A stretch of 64,000 bases of DNA from Vampirovibrionaceae bacterium NZW_1234 (GTDB lineage: Bacteria; Cyanobacteriota; Vampirovibrionia; Vampirovibrionales; JAGQHJ01), in NCBI GenBank assembly GCA_041697335.1, contig JBGUGD010000025.1:96001-160000 (forward strand), in the 5' to 3' direction. The position numbers and the translations under genes are program-made. Below are positions 59,479-64,000 of this stretch, one piece after another. The notes under the pieces are model-generated. The model had not been told where the DNA came from and ran no database searches. It saw only the letters and a program-made list of their open reading frames with translations. The number at the start of each line of letters is the position of its first letter. Within the stretch, counting starts at the first letter, position 1.

Positions 59479-59936
59479 ATCGCTGACCTCCTAGGTCCAC
59501 ATAACCAGCCTAATCACATCTGAAGATATAAAAACAATAAAATGGCTCATTGATGCTAGGGTTTATATTTTCTTAAGATTGTTGATCGAAACAGGTTGAT
59601 TTTAAAAAATCAGCGCCAAGCTTGAAATAACAAATTTAAAAATGTTACAAATGCGCACAAAGTCTGGTTTTGAGGTTTTTATATAAACAGAGAGAGTCCT
59701 AACAAGTTTTAGAGGGGGATACATTAGAGGGGTTGTTAAAAGATTTGATAATTTAATACGATAGCCATTTTGGGCCAACATTGCTTGTGACTTGAACGCA
59801 TTTCAAGACACAGACCTGTTTAACCCGCAAGGCTAGTTTTAGCCCACTATGCCTATCAATAACATCATCGAAGCGTTCACGTCGTTGTGAACAAATTGAT
59901 GCCAGTTATCTGTCTTCGCCCAACCCATCCACCAGG

Positions 59937-59994
59937 GGAAGCATTTCCTGAATTTTCTCTTCTCGGGGGGAGGAAATGCTTCCTATTTTTCTTT
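59937..59994 (+). terminator. Hairpin with T tail
   Basis: GGAAGCATTTCCT...AGGAAATGCTTCC followed by TATTTTTCTTT. Confidence 0.55.
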
Positions 59995-60163
59995 GAGAGT
60001 TATGGTTATTGTTCAATGTGTGTATCGTAATGTGTGTTGCCAATTATATTAATTAGGGTGTTGGGCCTTTATTCCTTTAGCCGATGCCCGGTAACATCGA
60101 GCATCCCGGGCAAGTCGGGTTCTGTGAAACAGCGATTTAAAAATATGACGCTTATCGTTGCAT

Positions 60164-60195
60164 AACGGTTTTGCAAACTAATTTGCAAAACCGTT
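60164..60195. repeat. 14-bp perfect inverted repeat
   Basis: AACGGTTTTGCAAA-CTAA-TTTGCAAAACCGTT. Confidence 0.7.
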
Positions 60196-60557
60196 CAGGT
60201 GTGTGTTTAAAGGTCAATGAATGTCCTATCCTGGGGGGATATTTTATAAAAAATCAGCATTCAACAATGAATCAATTGTTCAATACACTCTGTTTTCACG
60301 CGCAAAATAAAGTAGATAAGGAAGCTCACGGATACGGGTATGAATCGAGCTGCAATAAAAATTATTATTGTAAAAACCTCCAAGCTCAGGACCTGATGCC
60401 CTAGAATCTCCATTAGCCAGAGGAATTCCAGTCCTATATCTCATCTAAGCGAGTGGCATTTCGATAAATAGCTCACCTAGGCAATATGTCCGTTTCGACA
60501 TATCCCGCATAATTTCCGTGTGATTCAACTCTCTTCCACTCATAGAACATACAGCGG

Positions 60558-60583
60558 GCCTCATTTCATGAGGCTTTTTTTTT
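60558..60583 (+). terminator. Plus-strand terminator with no convincing upstream CDS
   Basis: GCCTCAT-TTC-ATGAGGC followed by T9. Confidence 0.7.
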
Positions 60584-60607
60584 CGAAATAACCTAAAATT
60601 GCTTTCT

Positions 60608-60640
60608 AAAAAACACCTGGGCCTTATGACCCAGGTGTTT
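60608..60640 (-). terminator. Terminator of fixCX
   Basis: AAACACCTGGG/CCCAGGTGTTT with an A tract on the left. Confidence 0.75.
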
Positions 60641-60664
60641 AATGTTTTTAATATCGACAGAAGC

Positions 60665-60967
60665 CTAACCGTGACGGAAGGTCACGCCATGGCCGTCCTT
60701 GGGATAAAACCATTCGATGGATTGGTAGACACAGCCCAGACGGCACGCGCCACACTCGAAACAGTTTTCAAAGGCAACCAGGTTTCGACTCTGATCGGGA
60801 TCCCAATGATACACATTTGCTGGGCAAAAATAGTTGCAGGCTTTGGATTCACAAACCTGACAATCATCTTGATTCGGTATCAAGTGAGAGCTTGGGCCCG
60901 GCTTATATTTAACGGTAAAGAGTTTTTCCTCAATGGTGGACTGAGGAATCGCTTGATTGGCGCTCAT
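60665..60967 (-). CDS. fixX: FixX-type ferredoxin
   Basis: C..C..K.C...CPA.VY, ENCFECGAC...C, W.YP..G.GV.F..G. Confidence 0.92.
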   Translation of the reverse strand: MSANQAIPQSTIEEKLFTVKYKPGPSSHLIPNQDDCQVCESKACNYFCPANVYHWDPDQSRNLVAFENCFECGACRLGCVYQSIEWFYPKDGHGVTFRHG

Positions 60968-62274
60968 CGTAACATTGGCCCTCCTATTTTAACCATATCC
61001 AGCATCATGCTGGCGATGGAGCGTTGCTTAAACGTTTTGCCGATAAACTCTTTCATCTTTTCTTTTTTCGGCACGCTGTCCACACTAACCATAGCGTCCA
61101 TTAAGTCGTTGATTTTCTTGGGATAAAAGCCCATAAACACATCGCTGTTATGTTCTACCGTGGGCAACATATCGCGATAGGTCTGCAGATCTTTCATGAC
61201 ATAGCTGCTATTGAGTAGTTTTTCATACAAGGCCAGCTGGTATTCGCTGTAATCGTGATTTTCCAGTGCCTGAATAGCTGTTTCTGCAGCGAATTGTCCG
61301 CTTGCCATAGCCAGGTTGGTTCCTTCCCAATGGACGTTATTCACCAACATCGCAGCATCGCCAGCGACCATAACACCTTTGCGATACAGCTTGGGAACGG
61401 AATGAAACCCGCCTTCGGGAATCATGTGCCCCGAATACTCCATCATTTCGCCTCCGGCAATCAGAGGACGGATCATGGAATGCTTTTTAAACTGCTCTAA
61501 TAAGTCATACGGCTTGATGCATTTTTGCTGCAAATCGTATAAAGAAGCGCCCAGCCCAACGACAATGGAGTCTTTATTAGTGTAAATAAAGCCCATTGAG
61601 GTAATACCTTCCATGGCGCCGCCCATTATGGTGTAAATAACACCGCTGCCGTTCTCGCAGTTAAAACGCTCGTTAATAACCGATTCACCAAGCTTAATGA
61701 CTTCCTTGACACCCAAGGCCACTTCGTTGGGCTTGGGGATGCTCTGACGAAGGCCTGCTTTTTCGACCAAGAGCGAATTGACCCCATCGGCAATAATGGT
61801 CACCCGGGCTCGGAAATCTTCCTGATCGGTTTTTACGCCCACGACTTGATCGCCATCCCACAAGAGATCGCGAACGACTGTTTGCGTCACAATATAGGCA
61901 CCAGCGGCTTCGGCTTGCTCTGCGCACCATTTATCCCATAAAGATCGCTGAACCGTAAAACTGTTATAGTGGGGCTCATGCATATGTCGTTCCGACTTGT
62001 ACCCCACCGTAACAGCCGACTCACCGGTTAGCAATGCAAACCGGTGTTCGGCATTAAAGCGCTCAACAGGTGCGGACTTCCAGAATTCAGGATAAAGTTC
62101 TGCGGTAGGCTGCGTGTAAATGGCGCCGCCAAAAACGTTTTTGGCACCTACAAATTCACCGCGTTCTAAGACAACAACTTCTTTACCGGCTTTTGCCAAG
62201 GTTAGCGCTGCCGCCAAACCTGCTGGCCCCGCCCCGACAATTACTACATCGACTGCATCCGTTAATTCAGCCAT
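60964..62274 (-). CDS. fixC: FixC-type ETF:quinone oxidoreductase (flavoprotein)
   Basis: VGAGPAG, ERG...GAKN..GG, ADGVNS, EYSGH.IPEGG, AGDAA, EG.NLA..SG. Confidence 0.92.
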   Translation of the reverse strand: MAELTDAVDVVIVGAGPAGLAAALTLAKAGKEVVVLERGEFVGAKNVFGGAIYTQPTAELYPEFWKSAPVERFNAEHRFALLTGESAVTVGYKSERHMHEPHYNSFTVQRSLWDKWCAEQAEAAGAYIVTQTVVRDLLWDGDQVVGVKTDQEDFRARVTIIADGVNSLLVEKAGLRQSIPKPNEVALGVKEVIKLGESVINERFNCENGSGVIYTIMGGAMEGITSMGFIYTNKDSIVVGLGASLYDLQQKCIKPYDLLEQFKKHSMIRPLIAGGEMMEYSGHMIPEGGFHSVPKLYRKGVMVAGDAAMLVNNVHWEGTNLAMASGQFAAETAIQALENHDYSEYQLALYEKLLNSSYVMKDLQTYRDMLPTVEHNSDVFMGFYPKKINDLMDAMVSVDSVPKKEKMKEFIGKTFKQRSIASMMLDMVKIGGPMLR

Positions 62275-62458
62275 TCAGGCTACCTCCCACACTGACAGCA
62301 TGATGCTTAATAGTATAGAACCCCCAATCGTTTTTGACCAGAGCGTGCCATCGCCCCGGGTGTGTATCTGATCAGGACAGGTTGATCCATGAGGGCACTT
62401 GGCAAGAGCGCATGAATGTTGTTTCGACTGCGTCATCCATGTTTTAGAGGGGAGTTTC

Positions 62459-62486
62459 ACCGTTCGGACAAATTGGCCGAACGGTG
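62459..62486. repeat. Palindrome, copy 2 of CCGT-N5-CAAATTG-N5-ACGG
   Basis: ACCGT-TCGGA-CAAATTG-GCCGA-ACGGTG. Confidence 0.75.
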
Positions 62487-62552
62487 CGGGCGTCTTCAAA
62501 ATGTTGAGAACAGGCGTCGATAATCCCGATATGATTGCAACAAAGGCATGCG

Positions 62553-62580
62553 ACCGTGGGGACAAATTGTCCACACGGTG
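62553..62580. repeat. Palindrome, copy 3 of CCGT-N5-CAAATTG-N5-ACGG
   Basis: ACCGT-GGGGA-CAAATTG-TCCAC-ACGGTG. Confidence 0.75.
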
Positions 62581-62803
62581 ATTCCATCCTGATATCAATA
62601 TGGCGTTCAGATTGAGGAGTACTGGAATAATGCATCAGATAAGCCTTAACGAGATTATTTCTAGTATAATTCCCGTATTTAGGCCATTTTAAACATCATA
62701 ACTGCAAATTAGTCTTGAGAGAAGGGAATTTGGGCAGATCAAACAATTCTGTCTCTAGGGGACAAGGCAAGTGAGCCTGGAGTCATGTTAAATGTCAAAA
62801 GAA

Positions 62804-62893
62804 CGGAGAGGGTGGGATTCGAACCCACGGTCCAGTTTTAGGCCGGACAACTTCTTAGCAGGAAGCCGCTTTCGTCCACTCAGCCACCTCTCC
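62804..62893 (-). tRNA. tRNA-Ser (anticodon GCT), CCA not encoded
   Basis: Reverse complement is GGAGAGGTGGCTGAGTGGACGAAAGCGGCTTCCT-GCT-AAGAAG, then a long variable arm, then GGGTTCGAATCCCACCCTCTCCG. Confidence 0.97.
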
Positions 62894-63015
62894 ACAGATT
62901 TGTGGGGACTCGGACACGAGTCAGTATAAAGTAAATTATACCGCATCCGACCTGCTGTCAAATCCTATTTTTATGGGGGATCTGTCCAGAATGTCTCAAA
63001 TAAGCCCACAAATGC

Positions 63016-63045
63016 AAACCACCTCTCTGAAGAGAGAGGTGGTTT
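63016..63045 (-). terminator. Terminator hairpin
   Basis: AAACCACCTCTCT/AGAGAGGTGGTTT downstream of the 63064 stop. Confidence 0.7.
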
Positions 63046-63063
63046 GGTTAATATGACGTGTAA

Positions 63064-64000
63064 TTAAACCATGCATCCCATTGGGCGAGAAGAATGGGTG
63101 ACCGGAATGTCGCGACGTTCCATTTCCTGGCGAACGGAGCCTAATGGGACCACCCGTTCGGGAGGAAAAACACCCCGTTGGGTAATGGCGTTGGAACCCA
63201 GGAGCTGGGCGACAATGGACACGGGGAAGGCGGTTGTCCGCATCATGGCGGTCATTTTGTTCTGTGTGTCATAACGATCGAGACAGTCAAACTGTTCTTC
63301 GATCATCTGTCCTTTTTTCTCGCCTTTAACCGTCACCCGAATCACAACATAATCGGTAGGCTCATCCACGCGTAAGGATTGATTCATAACCGCTGCAGCC
63401 ACTTTGCGAGGTTCAACTGTAATGCCGTCACGAGTCGTTACAGGGGTCGTATCAAAAAAGCCCAGGGTTTCGAGCAATTGAATTTTTTCGCAATGCCCCG
63501 GATAACGGACAGTCTTGTAGTCCAAATTCTTGACTCGCCCTTCATATGTCCAGGGAAGAGTGGATGTTCCGCCTAAAGTCGTAAAAGCCTCACACGGACC
63601 TACGGGCTGAGGAAACTCGATGGACTCAAGTTCGGTCAACGATTTGACCAGGGTTCTCTTGCCATTGCGAATAACAGCACAGTCTCCGAGATATTCGTTG
63701 ATTAATCCCTCAATGGAGAAGAACAGCTGATAGTTGAGGGGTTGTTCCGGATTCTGAGGGAGCCCGCCAACACGAACTTTTACGGACTCAACCGAATCAA
63801 AGCCATCGATAAGCTCTGCAGCAAGAAGGTTGGCATATCCGGGTGCGAGTCCCATGTCCGGTACAATGGTGACACCGGCTTTTTCAGCCTGAGAAGAATA
63901 GGTCATCTGTTTCAAGACCACATCGGTATTACCACCCATATCCACAAAATGGGAACCGGCCTCAATAGCCGCTTGGGTGAGCATTTCATTTAGGAAGTAA
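63064..64000 (-). CDS. Saccharopine dehydrogenase/lysine 6-dehydrogenase family protein (5' end beyond the window)
   Basis: HFVDMGG, DMGLAPG, VGGLPQ, FS.EGLINEY, EAF.T.GG, YKT.RYPGH, TAM.RTT. Confidence 0.88.
   Translation of the reverse strand, partial: YFLNEMLTQAAIEAGSHFVDMGGNTDVVLKQMTYSSQAEKAGVTIVPDMGLAPGYANLLAAELIDGFDSVESVKVRVGGLPQNPEQPLNYQLFFSIEGLINEYLGDCAVIRNGKRTLVKSLTELESIEFPQPVGPCEAFTTLGGTSTLPWTYEGRVKNLDYKTVRYPGHCEKIQLLETLGFFDTTPVTTRDGITVEPRKVAAAVMNQSLRVDEPTDYVVIRVTVKGEKKGQMIEEQFDCLDRYDTQNKMTAMMRTTAFPVSIVAQLLGSNAITQRGVFPPERVVPLGSVRQEMERRDIPVTHSSRPMGCMV

Noticed and set aside
60108..60126. Minus-strand ACAGAACCCGACTT resembles the RNase P RNA 3' conserved region
   Set aside because: No GAGGAAAGTCC 5' element upstream on that strand, and the region is too AT-rich
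60171..60404. 77-aa TTG-start ORF
   Set aside because: The start lies inside an inverted repeat, with no SD and no recognisable features
62459..62580. Two 28-bp palindromes as a mini-CRISPR
   Set aside because: Only two copies, 5 mismatches, a 66-nt spacer, no cas genes, and a third copy 19 kb away; reported as a dispersed palindrome instead
62275..62635. Short ORFs between fixC and the tRNA (62275..62598, 62399..62581, 62444..62635)
   Set aside because: No recognisable motifs or good SD. The repeats are 94 bp apart, so they are not an in-frame protein repeat.
62275..62803. Possible integrative element at the tRNA-Ser 3' end
   Set aside because: No integrase and no duplicated tRNA 3' fragment seen

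Overview
64-kb chromosomal window from a non-photosynthetic bacterium. My best guess, by inference only, is Vampirovibrionia/Melainabacteria (Cyanobacteriota). Housekeeping content: glutamine-dependent NadE, a rhodanese-Mrp-ferredoxin-DUF255 operon, GlgA, BolA, KdoO, ilvB-ilvN-ilvC-ilvA-like behind an un-annotated Ile/Val/Leu leader-peptide attenuator, PerR-rubrerythrin with Per-like boxes, ilvD, divergent carB/carA, an APC permease, mnmA, split transketolase, fixCX, tRNA-Ser(GCT) and a saccharopine-dehydrogenase-family gene cut by the window edge. There is also a ~17-kb Wzx/Wzy exopolysaccharide locus whose family inventory parallels the Caulobacter holdfast pathway. I saw no transposase, integrase, phage, cas gene or rRNA. 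The most notable unexplained signals are: (1) about eight unrelated proteins share an added S/T/R/Q-rich N-terminal leader ending in P/L/V-x-F-[AGSK], in two cases placed in front of a complete lipoprotein signal peptide, a candidate undescribed targeting or secretion signal; (2) a 198-aa orphan made of two 73-aa repeats that are near-identical in protein but heavily diverged at silent sites; (3) three copies of a covarying palindrome CCGT-N5-CAAATTG-N5-ACGG; (4) a ClpR-ClpP-like fusion with a histone-H1-like tail; (5) several pairs of low-complexity orphan paralogs and two hairpin-rich intergenic regions.
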